Positions 13,201 to 26,087 of a DNA stretch of 64,000 nt are shown here, piece by piece (position 1 is the stretch's first letter; every line of letters begins with the position of its first letter). Origin of the DNA: Gonapodya sp. JEL0774 (taxonomy: Eukaryota); NCBI GenBank assembly GCA_027604505.1, contig JADIIX010000001.1:372001-436000 (forward strand), read 5' to 3'. Position numbers and translations under genes: made by a program. Below the pieces are notes generated by a model. That model saw only the letters and a program-made list of their open reading frames with translations. It was not told the DNA's origin and did no database searches.

Positions 13201-14624
13201 GCAGGGCTGGGTGAGGGTGGATCCCAGCCACTCTTTACATAATTCTACGTCAGGCTCTCACTCCCTCGTACAGAAAGTCTTCTATGGCAGTGTTACTCAA
13301 CACCTATCGTACCATCCGGAGGGACTGCAGGTAAAGACGGCGACCAAGACAGAGTCATTCTCACACTTGCTGGTGGAGGCGAGGGACACTTTACAGAGCT
13401 CTCTTGACTCATACTTCGGCCTCACCGAGGTTGCGTATGAGGGAGATTCACAAGCAAAAAGGCACGTGGTGCTGGCGCGGTCTCCGCCGATCCTAAATAT
13501 TATTCTGAATAGGGTCCAATTCGATGCCGGAGAAGGACGAACATGGAAATCTAATATTTTTACAGAATTTCCTCTGGTACTTGATGTGGGGAGGTATGAG
13601 GTGGGATGGGAAAGAAGGAAGGAACTTGCTGAGACGGACCATACGTTGAAAACGACTCTCAGCAATATGGAGAAAAGCATAAGGGATGTGGGAGATCCTG
13701 AGGTTGGTTTGATGTTATTATGCGAAGGTGTGCACGGAAGTGGTGAATCATTTCGCCTCGTCACAGGACCTGGAGAAAACCCTCGAGTTCGTTGTAAACA
13801 ATACCCCAGACTACGATCCTGCAAAGAGTAAGAATATCGAGAGTCTCAAGAAGCAGATTGAAGATGCCCGAAAACTGAAAGAAGGCAAGTGATGTATGAA
13901 ACCAGCTGGTTTAATATGAGGAAAACCATTCTTCCCGCTTTCAAGTGGTTAAAGGTCCCATGGAAGAAAACAAATCCAGACTTGCGACACTATGGGATGA
14001 GCTCTCGACGGACGATTCCAAGTATGCCCTTCATGCAGTTTTGTTGCATGAGGGTGAAGCAATGTTTGGACATGTAAGTATATAAACGTACCTTGGTGTG
14101 ATATGTGATGGTTTGATCAGTGCGCGTCTTTATAAATGTCGACCAGTACTGGATTTACATCCATGACCCAGTGGGTCCAAACGGGCCACGGTGGATCAAG
14201 TTCAATGACACATTGGTGACAGTTGTATCCGAAGAGGAGGTGTTGCGTGATAGGGGCGGTAATGCCAATGCGTATTGTCTTGTTTACGTCCGCCAGCAAG
14301 GTGTGTGGCTCGCGGCACTGGTGTTTTTGATATGCGCGGAATTAAAGCTCCACAATTCAAATGATGTAACTGGCAGATCGTGCGGATATTGTTAGTGTTT
14401 GCACACGAAACGCTGATCTCCAGAATGAGTACAAATGCCGATACCCCGCTTTGCTGGCATCACTTCCTCCACTACCAGACCAGATCACTGGGACTATGCC
14501 AGTATTCGGTCCTGAGCTTCCCCCTGATTCCGCTGTTTTATCGACAGTAGATGCGTCTGGTGATATGAGAATGACAGATTCAGACGGTTGGGAGCTTCCC
14601 GGTGGTTTGGCCACTGAAGCTTAA
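10227..14624 (+). CDS. UBP2: Ubiquitin C-terminal hydrolase (USP family, Ubp2/USP25-like)
   Basis: Cys box PAGLANLGATCYLNSLLQ, GAQQDMTEAMD, LNRVQFD, His box LHAVLLHEGEAMFGHYWIYIHD, WIKFNDTLVT, ANAYCLVYVR. Confidence 0.88.
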
Positions 14625-14801
14625 ACTCCTACATGTCACAGACTGCAGCATCATCTTGCGTGGTTCAATTCTCGTCTCCATAAACAGATTTCAAAAGCAT
14701 CATTTTCTCAATGTATTATGGCAATAAAGTTGCACGACCACGAATGAAAACAATATGTTTCGGGTGTCGTGAACATCCAGGCATTGTGTACCGATAATGC
14801 A

Positions 14802-17800
14802 CTAGCTAACGCGTAGTGTCTGTAATCTCCTCTCTAAATGAGACTTGTCTGAAACCACTTTGGACCCCCGCCACGCAACGTTTGCCGCCGTGACGGCCGA
14901 GCGGGCAACGTTCATCTCAAAATCAAAGTATGCAACGTAGAGATCTACGTCACAAAAGAGTGCACAGAAATCAATGTACAAAACACAGTCGCAACGTCCA
15001 TATCACGTTAACTCACCCTCGAGAAGGGGTTGCTGAGCAAGAGCATCCTCGAATAGTCTGCGTACCCTTCGGACATCGACTGAATTGCTCTTTGGAGAAT
15101 GGGTGACTGTTCCCGAAAACTGGTCGGTTTCCAACTGGATTATCTCAGTGTTTGTCTCGTCAGAGGAATCGTCCTGGCTGACTCGGAAATGTCGCAGTAC
15201 ATTAATTGGCGTTTCGCCAAATTTCAATTCGAGAGAGATGCAGGTTGCATAGAAAGACACATCGCGACTCTTCGCACGCATCAGTCTATTATGAAATTCC
15301 AAACTGTCACAACCATGTGGAAACTGATATGAATCACAAAACTTACCGATCACAGACCTCCCGTCCTTTCGCCGATCCCTGCAACCATCCCCATTTCACA
15401 TAAGCTTCCAGAAGAGCTCCAGAATCTTCATCATGTGACTCAATGTCTCGTATTGCGCTCTGGAATATTATACTGTCACCATCACGTCAAAATAATCAAC
15501 TTGATGTCTACGAGCACGAACCAGAAAGTGTTCCTCGAGAATGTCATGGCCCGCTTTGTCGTTTACTTTAACGACACCGTGGTTTCCTACACCACTCCCG
15601 CGACCGTCCAGGGAAATCTTTGAAATGTCCGTTCCTCGCTCCACCGCACAGACGAGAGCTTGCAGATAACGAATCCAGACACTGCTTTGAACAGTTCCAC
15701 CTGACTTCAGAGCCCTCACGAAAAGGTCTCTCATTTCAAGGTCAATACGACCATCATTGAGATCCCGCTCCTTCGTATCTAACGCCAATCCGAGCCGAGC
15801 TGTCCACAGTTTTTGGCTCTTCGGAAATGCTTTCAAACCCTGCTCAAGTGCATCTATTGGGCTTTTTGCCAACGCTGACCACGCCAAGTATGAATCCTCG
15901 CTCACGGCCCCTGTTGCGACGGCACTCCGGAATACCTCCGAAGCAGTTTTCCTTACGTACTTAACTAGAGCCGGGACTGGGCAGAGCGGTAGCTGGGATC
16001 TGAGGAAATGGAGGAAGGAGGAGTACGTATCCGTAGTTGGGGTTTCCTTTCAAGCAAAAAGGGGAAGAAAATTGAACTCAATGGAGATGTCAATCGCAGA
16101 CAAACAAAACAAATTCCCAAGGACGTTTGTTCGACCCCAAGGTAGAAGGAGCAGCTCTGATTCCCATTCCACCTCTGGCAGACAGGAGACCGCATCCCCG
16201 CGTTTTAGGTCGTGTTCTTCTCGCAGTCCACATTACATATATCTTGACCAAAGGCTCACAGAAATGGGACCACCATACAAGCAGCCGCAAAGCTTGCTTG
16301 ACGGGAGAACCCGAGCAATCGGTGTTTGATTCTGCTGTCACTATCCACCCGTTTCTGCGATATTTCCACAAAAAGGCACCACCACAATCCTTGCAAACGT
16401 TTTCCGATGAGCTCACCTTGATCGTTTGCTGGAAAGCATCCACGGCGTTCTTCAAAGAAAAAGGATACTTGAGGCTTGATGGTTCAACGTCAAGGAGGAA
16501 GCGCTCCGCCAGCGCGGTGGCAGCATCAGGGTCAGAAGGGAAGTCCGATCGAATTCTAGAATAAGCAATTGTTGTGGTTCCATCGTTTGCGAGATAAACA
16601 CAAAGTATTTGTGACGCACTGTTGATAAATGTTCTCTTGCGCTTTGGACGTCCAGTCGCCGAATGCACGGTAGACCTTTGCAAACTCAACACGAAATTGA
16701 AGATGTTTAGGATGAGCTAAACATGGACAAAAAAAACAACCACTCAGTTGCCGAGGGGGACAACAAGCCTAGTAAAAACAATGATGAGAAATTCACCTTC
16801 TATCGCTTTTGTGTACACAGTCCAAGCAATAGCCCCTTTCATTACAGCCTTTAAAGCCTCTCGTGAGTTCTTTTTACCACCGAGATTCTTTGGGTCCGCA
16901 ATCTCTGTCATTGACGTGACGCCAGCTTCTTCTGGGAGTGCTGGAAGATCCACTCCCCGATCCTCCTCAATCACCATCAGCTCATCATCTCTGTCTTCCT
17001 CCTCTATTTCTACGTCACCGGCTTTCCGTTTACTGGTTTCCGTCTCCATGTCCGTCTGCGTCTCCGCATCAAGATCTTCCCTGAAGAGGACACGTTGCCG
17101 TTCACGGAGTTTTTCCGCATAGAGAAGCTCAAGACGGAAATACTCAAGCCAGAGCTTTTGAGAGTCTGAGTTGAGGCGGAGAGCGCGTTGAAGAAGCGCT
17201 GATGCGACCGAACGAAGCGAGTTAGTGAATGGAAGCAACGGGGACGGTGTAGGATAACAAGCGATGTACCTCGCGCGGCTGCAATATTCAAATTTTGCTC
17301 GAATTCCCAGCTTGCAGCAAGGATCCAAAAAGTCGGTTTTGTGGGGTGAAGCTGGATGGCCCTGACCCAGAATGAGGAGGATGCAAATGGGACAAAAGAG
17401 GAAGTCAAAGACACGTTAGGCATCATGTGCAGCAGAAAATTATCATAGCATGGATGATCGCATGTCTTCGGAGAGCCCCTGCTGCAAATATACAAAACGT
17501 CTAATGCAATAGAAAACTGACCTCGCATAGCTTCTCCCAAGGATCTTTGAGCTACCGACCGATTTCGCCCAGTCAAAATACTGCAGCCAAAGAGCGGGAT
17601 TTGCGGGAAATTTCTTGAGCATCCGCTCATAGAGGTGATGCAGTCTTTGGCGGATGGAGTGGTCTGAGACGGAGCCTTTCCAAGACACATCGCGTGCAGC
17701 CGCGGCGCCATTGCCCTCCGCAGAAGCATGTTTGGAAGCTTTGGCTTTGAGGAGGGCGAGAGCACGAGACTTGCGTTTCTTGCGGAGTGATTCGAGATTG

Positions 17801-18074
17801 GTTTCGTACTGGATGTATCGAAGGTAATCAACTTGTCGTGAGACTCGCCGGGCAAGCCTGTATTCGTGGTCAGTTCGTGCTTTCACAATGGCTTTGATTT
17901 CTGCCTGTGCTTTCAGTTATACGACATGTAAGAAGACGGATGAGACTTGATTCCCATCCTCAGGTCTTCCAGCTCAAGGGAGGGTCAACGCACTTTTGAA
18001 AATAAACCGCGAGCTTCCAAGTCATGAAGCTCTGGCAGCGTAGTCTCCAGCATGTGCTGTACTGTTTCTGCCAT
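14802..18074 (-). CDS. UTP6: U3 snoRNP / SSU processome protein Utp6 (HAT repeats)
   Basis: MAETVQHMLETTLPELHDLEARGLFSK, EYRLARR...DYLRYIQYETNLESLRKKR, HAT repeats (LWLEYFRLELLYAEKLRER). Confidence 0.92.
16125..16273 (-). ncRNA. Candidate intronic box H/ACA snoRNA in a UTP6 intron
   Basis: Inside a ~370-nt intron: hairpin, H box AGAAGA/AGAACA (16213-16221), hairpin with lower stem CGACCT/GGGTCG and upper stem GGGGA..GCGG.CTC/GAG.CTGC.TCCTT, then ACA (16130-16128) 15 nt after the upper stem. Confidence 0.6.
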
Positions 18075-18417
18075 CGTTGAAGTTTAGAGCCAAAACGGTT
18101 TTCAACCGCGGCTTTGGAAGATGGACAGGAAAGAGAAAGTGCTGCCTCCCACCTCAAGACCACAGATGATTTCCTGTACAACCAAACCCGCACAGTGGAA
18201 TTCCAATCCACGAAAGAGTTGAGTCATTGAAGCAACTATTTCGAAGAAGAAGAAGATCGTGGTAGTATAAATACATCGGGAAACGACCATATGGCAGTGC
18301 GCGTTTTGTATTTCTACTTGCATGCTCGCCACAATTCAATATGAATCAGTGCATAATATAATCCACGCCTTCTGAATCCGGAATCATTGTTCAAGTGATG
18401 GTTTTCGTGGTTTATTG

Positions 18418-18429
18418 TGTCACGTGACA
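18418..18429. promoter_or_regulatory. Palindromic E-box TGTCACGTGACA (Cbf1/bHLH-type site) in the divergent UTP6-YDJ1 promoter
   Basis: Perfect 12-bp palindrome containing GTCACGTGAC between two divergent start codons. Confidence 0.45.
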
Positions 18430-18642
18430 TGAGATTGTGGAAGGCGGGAGAACACTGATAGAAGAAAGTCGCTCCCTCCGTCGCCGCCCAGATATTGAAA
18501 CGAAAATAGTCTGGGCAAAACCGGATTTCTGTTTTATTCCTTACCACCTTGAATCTTTCGACAAGTCTTTTCCTTTTCTCCGCATTCACCATCACCGTCT
18601 TCACTCTGTCTATCGCGCTTACCAATACCTGACAACCGCAAT

Positions 18643-20474
18643 ATGCCCAAAGACTCGAAACTGTACGATACTCTAGGCGTTCCGGCAAACGCGTCGGACG
18701 CGGACATAAAGAAGGCGTACCGGAAGCTTGCTCTTCAGTACCACCCAGACAAGGTGAGGTTTTATCTTCCGGAATCTAGAACGGCATCGTTCGTTCAAGG
18801 CCAAGTAAAGCAGTCCAGTCGCTATTGAACACTAAAGCCCATGGGAACATGCTAATTTGGAGTCTTGTGGAGCTGCCTGTGAAGAGAGAGCTTTGCTGGC
18901 GTGGTTGAGATTCCCTTGTGCTCATTATTGGAACATTCTCCTCGTACCAGAACCCATCTGCCGGAGATAAGTTCAAGGAGATCTCTCACGCCTACGAAGT
19001 TCTCTCGGACCAACAAAAGCGAGATGTTTACGATAAGTGTGAGCTTGATTTGGTCATCTATTGATGCTCCGGGCCTGTTACTTCGGTTGACACATATCGC
19101 AATTCGCTCTATGCTCATTGACGTGTGGTGTAACATAATCACGGACTTTTGAAATGCCCCGTGTGCTCTGTGTGGATGCTGTCAATGATTCGAAATTGCA
19201 GACGGTGAAGAAGGTCTCTCTGGCGAAGGAGGCGCTGGTGGTGGCATCTCTCCCGAGGATCTTTTCTCCCACTTCTTCGGAGGAGGCATGTTTGGAGGTG
19301 GTGGGGGAGGTGGTCGGGGAAAGCCGTCAGGGCCCCGCCGCGGAAAGGACATGGCACATGCGCTAAAAGTGTCTCTCGAGGACTTGTACAAGGGCAAAGT
19401 GTCGAAGCTGGCTTTACAAAAGCAAATCATTTGCCCAAAATGTGAAGGAAGGGGTGGGAAGGAAGGGGCATCGAAGTCGTGCGGGAGTTGCCAGGGTCGG
19501 GGCATCAAGATCATCATGAGACAAATTGGACCCATGATTCAGCAGTTGCAGCAGACCTGCCCAGATTGTAACGGCGAAGGCGAGGTCATTAAGGAGAAGG
19601 ATCGGTGCAAGAACTGCACGGGCAAAAAGGTTGTGCAAGAGCGGAAGGTGAGCCTTCGATTGCGTGCACCTCCTCTACGATAAACACGATTCTATGTCTC
19701 ACTTACTCCGTTCTGACAGATTCTTGAAGTCAACATTGACAAGGGCATGCAGGATGGTCAAAGGATCACCTTCTCGGGAGAAGCTGATCAAGCGCCCGGC
19801 GTTGTACCTGGCGACATCATCATTGTGGTGGAAGAGAAGCCACATCCACGATTCCAACGACGCGGTGATGACCTGTACTTCCAGCAAAAAATTGATTTGG
19901 TTACAGCGTTGGCTGGTGGACAATTTGCTATCAATCACCTTGATGATCGAGTTTTGGCTGTGAACATTATTCCCGGAGAAAATATCAAGCCCGGTAAGTG
20001 TTGCATCTGCTTGTTGAGTAGATTTGAGTTTACGCATCGCTTGGACTTTGATCCTGCTGCAGGCGATGTGAAATCCATCAATGGAGAGGGCATGCCCGTC
20101 TACCGGAATCCGTTCCAGAAGGGTAACCTATACGTCAAATTCGAGATCGAGTTCCCTCCTTTAGGCTGGTTCAACCCTGAGCGGCTTCGTCTTTTGGAAC
20201 AAGCTCTGCCGCCCAGAGCAGCGGTCGCTCCACCGCAGCAGGGCGCGGAGATGGAAGATGTTGTGTTGAGCAATGTCGATCCACTTGCTCAAGAACGGTC
20301 GAATTACAATGGTGGTAGTGCAACGGAAGAAGATGAAGGGAATGGCCCGCAGGTACAATGCTCGAACCAAGCAAGTATCAGAAGGTTTTGCTTGATTCGA
20401 GATGAGCTGTTGTGCTAATCAATTTGTTTTCGTCATTTCCTTTTACCATCTTACGACATTGCGGTCAACAGTAA
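18643..20474 (+). CDS. YDJ1: Class A J-domain protein (Ydj1/DNAJA)
   Basis: J domain with HPD, G/F-rich linker, four CxxCxGxG repeats, C-terminal domain. Ends QVQCSNQ, with the stop reached across a GC-AG intron (20371-20471). Confidence 0.96.
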
Positions 20475-20756
20475 TTTCGATGGTTAGGTGTTGTCCGTGT
20501 GGTTGTAACGATTTGGTGTGTTGGTGGATGGAGGTACAAATTCTATAGATGAGAGAAGACCTCTTTGTATGTAAAATGCATGTGGATAGAAATGACGACA
20601 GAGCAGAACGAAAAGGTGGGCACGGGGCCCATCAAATTACGTGTGGATGCCCTGTGCAAATCCAGGCATATATGCAGGGTTGTTGTGACCGTTCTCAGTG
20701 CCTAAACGCAACAAATATGAGAATGCAAGGCGTGTATCTATTGCTACTATGTTACA

Positions 20757-22928
20757 TCATGCTGTTATTACACGTGTCAGCTTTTGCAGTCTGTTGAGTA
20801 ACGCATCTCCGGATTTGATGGCTGTTTGATATTGGTGGTTCTTCGCGTCAGGACGGTTGGTCTCCACAATCCCCCCAACCTTGTCAATGACGGCATTCAG
20901 CCTGCCTGCCGCAATAAATCGCGCAAGGTCCCTAATAGAAGGAAAGCACAGCATCAGCACCAAAGTACCACAAAAAAAGTCCGAGCACGAGAGCGTGGGT
21001 TTGAAAGTACTCACAAATCAATGTATTCCTCGGTGACCCCAAATGAGTTGGCCATGGACTCAATGGTCAACGAGCGGTACGACTCAAGGAGCTGCGTGTA
21101 TGCGATGATACGCATTTCTCGTACGTAGAATCGGAAGTGAGGGTAGAGAATCCAGTCGGTTTTGAGCGACTGCTCGACGACGGCTGTATGGAAGGACATC
21201 ACTGCAATTAGTTGACTCGGACAACCACCTTCACTGAGCAACCCACCGAGGGAGGAGAAAAACTTCTTGTAATCCGAGTTGTATAAAGAAGTGACGAAGT
21301 CCTCGGCGTATTGCATTTCGTGAATGACCTCCAAGATTTCTGGTGAGTTAATCACCTTTTATCAGGATGGACACGTTCACATGTTGCGCAGGTGACCGAG
21401 AACCACCAACCAAAAACCCGAACACACCTTCTTCTTAATGTCGGGTCTCTTGAGGGTCAGTGCCGCAGCCAGGACAGTGTAACGGACAAAATCTTTGTAA
21501 TCCATCAGTTCCGTGCTGGTGAACGTAGCCAAACTGTCGAGGAGCAGATTGACAGCCCCCTTAAAATCCCGATTGGAAAGGCAGTTGATTCCCTCGTAGA
21601 CTTTGAGGCGGTTGCGTCGGTCCCAGTCACCACCCTCTTCAATTAAACTGGAACAGAGGTGGAAATCATCGTTGAAGTCGGTGCGACCTACAATCTCTTG
21701 ACCACCCCAACCATCTCAACAGAGCGCGCACCTCTTTACTTTTTCGATGTTACGGGAAATGACGTCCGCGTCCTGGAAGAAGAAACCGATGCGGATAATA
21801 GAAAAGACCATGTCAATGCGGGATCCCAGAGGGCCCGTTTTGTCGATTGCGACTCGGAAGGCAGTGAGAGCCTTTTCCTGTTGAAGTGCCAGACAAACTT
21901 GAGATCAGAAATCATTCAGGGTGGCGATTCAATACATAGCAAGGCCGTTTGCATGCTCGACTGCTGCTGAATCATCTGCGGTCGGCATGAAGAACTCTCC
22001 TGAAATCTCCTTGGTCCTCGCGCGTCCATAACACAGTGAGAGGATCCACTCTTTTGTACAACTGAACTCTTCAGCACGAGGAACAGAGTACCATGTTGGT
22101 CCCAACTATTCGTCGATGGCTGAGGTTCATCAAGAGCCTACTTTTGGGTTCATTGCTGGACCAACACTCAGTCCATGTATGCATATCAACAGAATCCACA
22201 AGACCCCGCCCGTCGCGCCCTCCGCTCCGAGTCAGCTAAGACCTCAGGCTGTCCCTTTCCTTTCCCGAGGCTAGAATCACAGGCCCCCACTTTTCATTTT
22301 TCATTTGCCACGCTTTGTGCGTGCTGAGCTTGGAGTTCGCCTGGGGTATCAGTCCTCGAGAACTCACCTTCTCACCAATCTGTGCCAGATACTGTGCCTT
22401 CAGACGAAGTGTATCCGTAACTTCGGTCTCGCCCAAGTTCTGTTCCGCATCCTGCAAGCGCTCTTCCAGCCTTTTCAGCTCCTCGGCATTTCGGATTTCC
22501 ATTTGGGCGATGTAGGCCTCGTCGATGGGGAGCTTCAAGTCGGTAGCAATGAGGCGGCAATATGGAGCCATATCTGGCAGAAAAGAACATTGAAACTCAT
22601 GTTAGCATGAATTCTTCATGCAAAAAAGATGATTGAATCCTGTTCCTTTGGGCCTCCGAGGTTGTTCGCTCTGACACAACAGAGCGCCGTCGTGTCCTCA
22701 ACACACCATGCTTCTTGATAGCCTCAACAAGGTTTGCCTTTGTGGCCTCTCTGACATCGTTGGTCACATGTGGCAGGGAGAGAACAAAGCGGAGAGCGGG
22801 GACATCCAGATTTGGGATTCGCGGGATCGCTTCTTCACCAGACTAAGGCGATAGGGAGGAGTATGAGCATCGAAAGCGAGCAGCAGGAATGCAGGTTTGC
22901 AAGGTCTTTAATTAATTAGGCCCACCAT
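20757..22928 (-). CDS. RPN7: 26S proteasome lid subunit Rpn7/PSMD6
   Basis: ATG-only first exon, then [77 protein letters not shown]. Confidence 0.95.
22052..22198 (-). ncRNA. Candidate intronic box H/ACA snoRNA in the long RPN7 intron
   Basis: Hairpin 1 (TGGACTGA/TTGGTCCA), H box AAAGTA (22144-22139), long hairpin 2 (TCAGC..CGA.GAATAG..ACCA/TGGT..CTGTTC.TCG..GCTGA), ACA (22057-22055). About 147 nt. Confidence 0.6.
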
Positions 22929-24220
22929 TATGAATGTGGAAACGGATTTATTACGACAGTGCGGTTCACTAGTGGGATTTGCTGGAGGGTGAACACGCAA
23001 GCACGCATCCAAATCATTTTACAAGAGCAGTGATTGATTTGGTTCAGGAGTTACTGTAAGTGTGTGTTTTCATTGCTCGAACCAGAAAATGAATCGCAAG
23101 TGCATATTACTGTTTTAATGTGGACTCAAGCATCCGGCGGATAGTGATAAACTCGCCCATGGAGACTGACTTGTGTGCAAGAATCTCTTTCTCTCTGTTT
23201 CTTTCTTGTAACACGTTTCTCGATGAGTTTCTCATAGGACATAACCGAGACGACGACTGCCTGTATGGCCGCGCAATCGCGCCCCTTGCCGGGTCAAATT
23301 TGAATAAACTAAGGTCAAAAAACTTCATATCGATAACCTCTATATCATATACTATCATCTGTCTGGGAACTCATGAGAAATGATTATACGCGGTCAAATT
23401 GGCACTCCTGCAGTAGCATTGGTCTCAGGGTTGCTCTTCCTGTTGTGCAACCACACATCGATAATGGCCTGAAACAACACTAGGCACTGTCAGATTATTG
23501 TCAGAACTTAGTAATCGATGATGGAGCGGATAGATTAACTCCCTCATGGCGGTCATTGTTGACGAAAATGGTGCCCGAAAATACTCCCGAGTTGAATGTA
23601 CATGTGCTCCACTTCATCCACTCCTGCGGGAACTGGCTCACGTAGAATTGCTGCACGACATGCCATTACTTTCAGGTGTCACATAAGACTCCCACGAACT
23701 CCCTTCCGTGGCCCTACTCTTCAAAAGTCCCATTTCATTACGTTGTTTCCGAAGCCAGAGAAGCTCCTTCACCCCAAACATCGGTTCCCACCAATCAAAG
23801 CCGTCTTGGATGGACTGCTCCCGGTCGGTGGAGTGAGGTACGAGTGAATAGAGGCATAGGCTCCTCGAAACGTTCTGAGTGATAAGTGGATTGGGGGAGA
23901 CCGCCAGATGAGTCCGCACCTGGGGGAATCGACTTTTCTCGATTAATCAGAGCGGAGATGGCCAGTTTTAGGCGGTAGAGGGTCAGGGTGATTTAATAGA
24001 AAGGTGACAGGACGAGGGTTACTGTGCCAGCCGCTTAGGTGTGCGCGTGGCAGTCCTAGTGTTGAGGATCTCGGAGTTTTCACCTTGTGAACGTAATTCC
24101 CAGAGTTACCCCAATTCGCTGTGATTTGCAGCAGCAAGATCGCCCATCCTCTCTTTCCATACATCTTTACCCCCAATCCAGTAATCAGCCGGAATCCGTC
24201 CTTCTCCCTTCCGTGCGGAA

Positions 24221-26087
24221 ATGTCCTCAAGCGAAAGCGAAGTGTCCGAAAAAGACGAAGAGGAGCTCAGCGTCTCTCAACCTCTTACTGGACAGTGGTC
24301 AAACCTTGCAATTGAGGAGCTGGAGGGGAGTTTTATCCCTGAGCGGGGCAGACCAATGGTCACGAAGTGGTTGATTGCAATGTTGGTTGCCGGGACTCTT
24401 GGCGCAGTCTCATATCTGATTGTGTCTTCTATTGTTGGGCGAACTGGACTTGATGCTCCTGAGGTCGAGATTAGTATGCTCAATATCACCAAATCTGGCC
24501 CAATTAGGGCGCACTTCAATGTCTCTGAATACTTGGCAACTGGGAGCGCTACATTCACGGTTCAGGGTGAGCAACGAGAGAAATTGGGTATTTTACTCCT
24601 CTGCTGAAAAGAGCACCATTCTGATCACATCAGAGAACCTTGTACGGTCTAGAAAGTACATCACAAGCTTTCCGTCATCCGGCTGGACGAATCAAGTGAT
24701 GGAAGTGACCAATTTGATATACTTGGCCCGTCTTACCGATCGGATACCTATCGTTCCTTCGTTTGAGCCTACTCATTTCGGGTCTCTGAACACTGCCGGT
24801 CCTCTCAAGTTTGAGGATGTCTTCGATGTCCCTTACCTTATGGGTAAACTAGGTTTCCCAGTCGTACAATGGCATGAGATCAAGGAGCTGAATTCCTCCT
24901 CGAAGGAACAACCACTCGAGCAGATTGGCTGCTGGTCCGTGCGCGCGGGAAATCAAGCTTCAGGTGGTGTTCCTGGTGACTGGACGAGCAAGAATATGTT
25001 CAAACTCGGTCAGTGCCTGCAACCATAGTCTCTGTTTGTGGAACCGCAATTCTCATGATGGTGAACTCGTTGCAGATGTATCCTATACCCCAGTACCATA
25101 CTGGTTCACACTCACTCATGGTGCTGATTTAAATACTCGTACATGGTCGCTATGGGCATTGGCCAGTCTTTCATTTCCCGAAATGCGCGCACGAATTCTT
25201 GGAGAACAGTCTTGGGCTACCTTGCCTGTACCCAGCGGTTCCGGAAAAAAATTGGAGCCTAACGATCACCTTCTTTGCTTTGACGATGTTTACTATACAG
25301 GCTTGATCTACCCAAACCCAGGAGACGACGTGAGTACCTAGGTGTGCGACCTCAATTTGTTTGTTCTAAGTTTCAGCTCCGCTCTTCCACGAGTTTTTTA
25401 ACGATTACTCACCGATGTGGAATCATATTGGTGTTCACATGCGTTGGAAATCAACCCTTGTGGATATCGCAAACCAATATCTCCGCAAACATTTTGGAGT
25501 TCAGGAGGATGATTCTATTCCACCAGTACGTATATCTACTGTTAAAAGTTTTTGCATCCTTTAATTCCCTCGTATTTTGACCAGTTTATTTCTGTGCACG
25601 TTCGACGAGATGATTTCAAGATGGCTTGCTCCAAAGATATCACCCTTGATCAGTGCTTTGCTTCATTAAAATCATTTAGACATCGTGTTCAAGATCTGCA
25701 AAAAGCATTGCTTTCTCGACCTGAGAAGATAAATGTGACAGAGGTTATTGTTACCTCCGATGAGCGTGATCCGCGCTGGTGGGAACAAGTCGCAGAGCTT
25801 GGGCCCGGGTGGAGATGGATCAATCATACGGTTGAGAGAACCGAGGAGAGATATGGAAAATGGTGTGTTCTTTGACGTGCGTCCATCCCATTGTCTATTT
25901 ACTAACATTGTTGACCTCGTTCAGGTACCCCCTTGTGTTAGACGTCGTTTTTCAGTCAATGGGAGCTGGATTTGTTGGGACTAGGGGAAGCACCATGTCG
26001 AATATTGCTGCGAAGAGAGTTCAAGATTGGCATGGTGGTCCATCATTTGAAGTGGCTTGGGGCCACCCGGATGCAGATGAGCAATGA
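24221..26087 (+). CDS. GDP-fucose protein O-fucosyltransferase-like (O-FucT/GT68-like) type II membrane glycosyltransferase
   Basis: N-terminal TM anchor (WLIAMLVAGTLGAVSYLIV), SGWTNQVME..LARLTDRIPIVP, FISVHVRRDDF, VIVTSDE, FVGTRGSTMS: the GxxNQ / HxR / SD / FVGT-STxS signature. Confidence 0.8.

Noticed and set aside
16458..16468. GTATCCTTT on the minus strand, matching the U12-type 5' splice site
   Set aside because: It lies inside an open, plausible UTP6 exon (LKYPFSLKN) that has a normal GT donor just downstream, and no U12 branch site was found.
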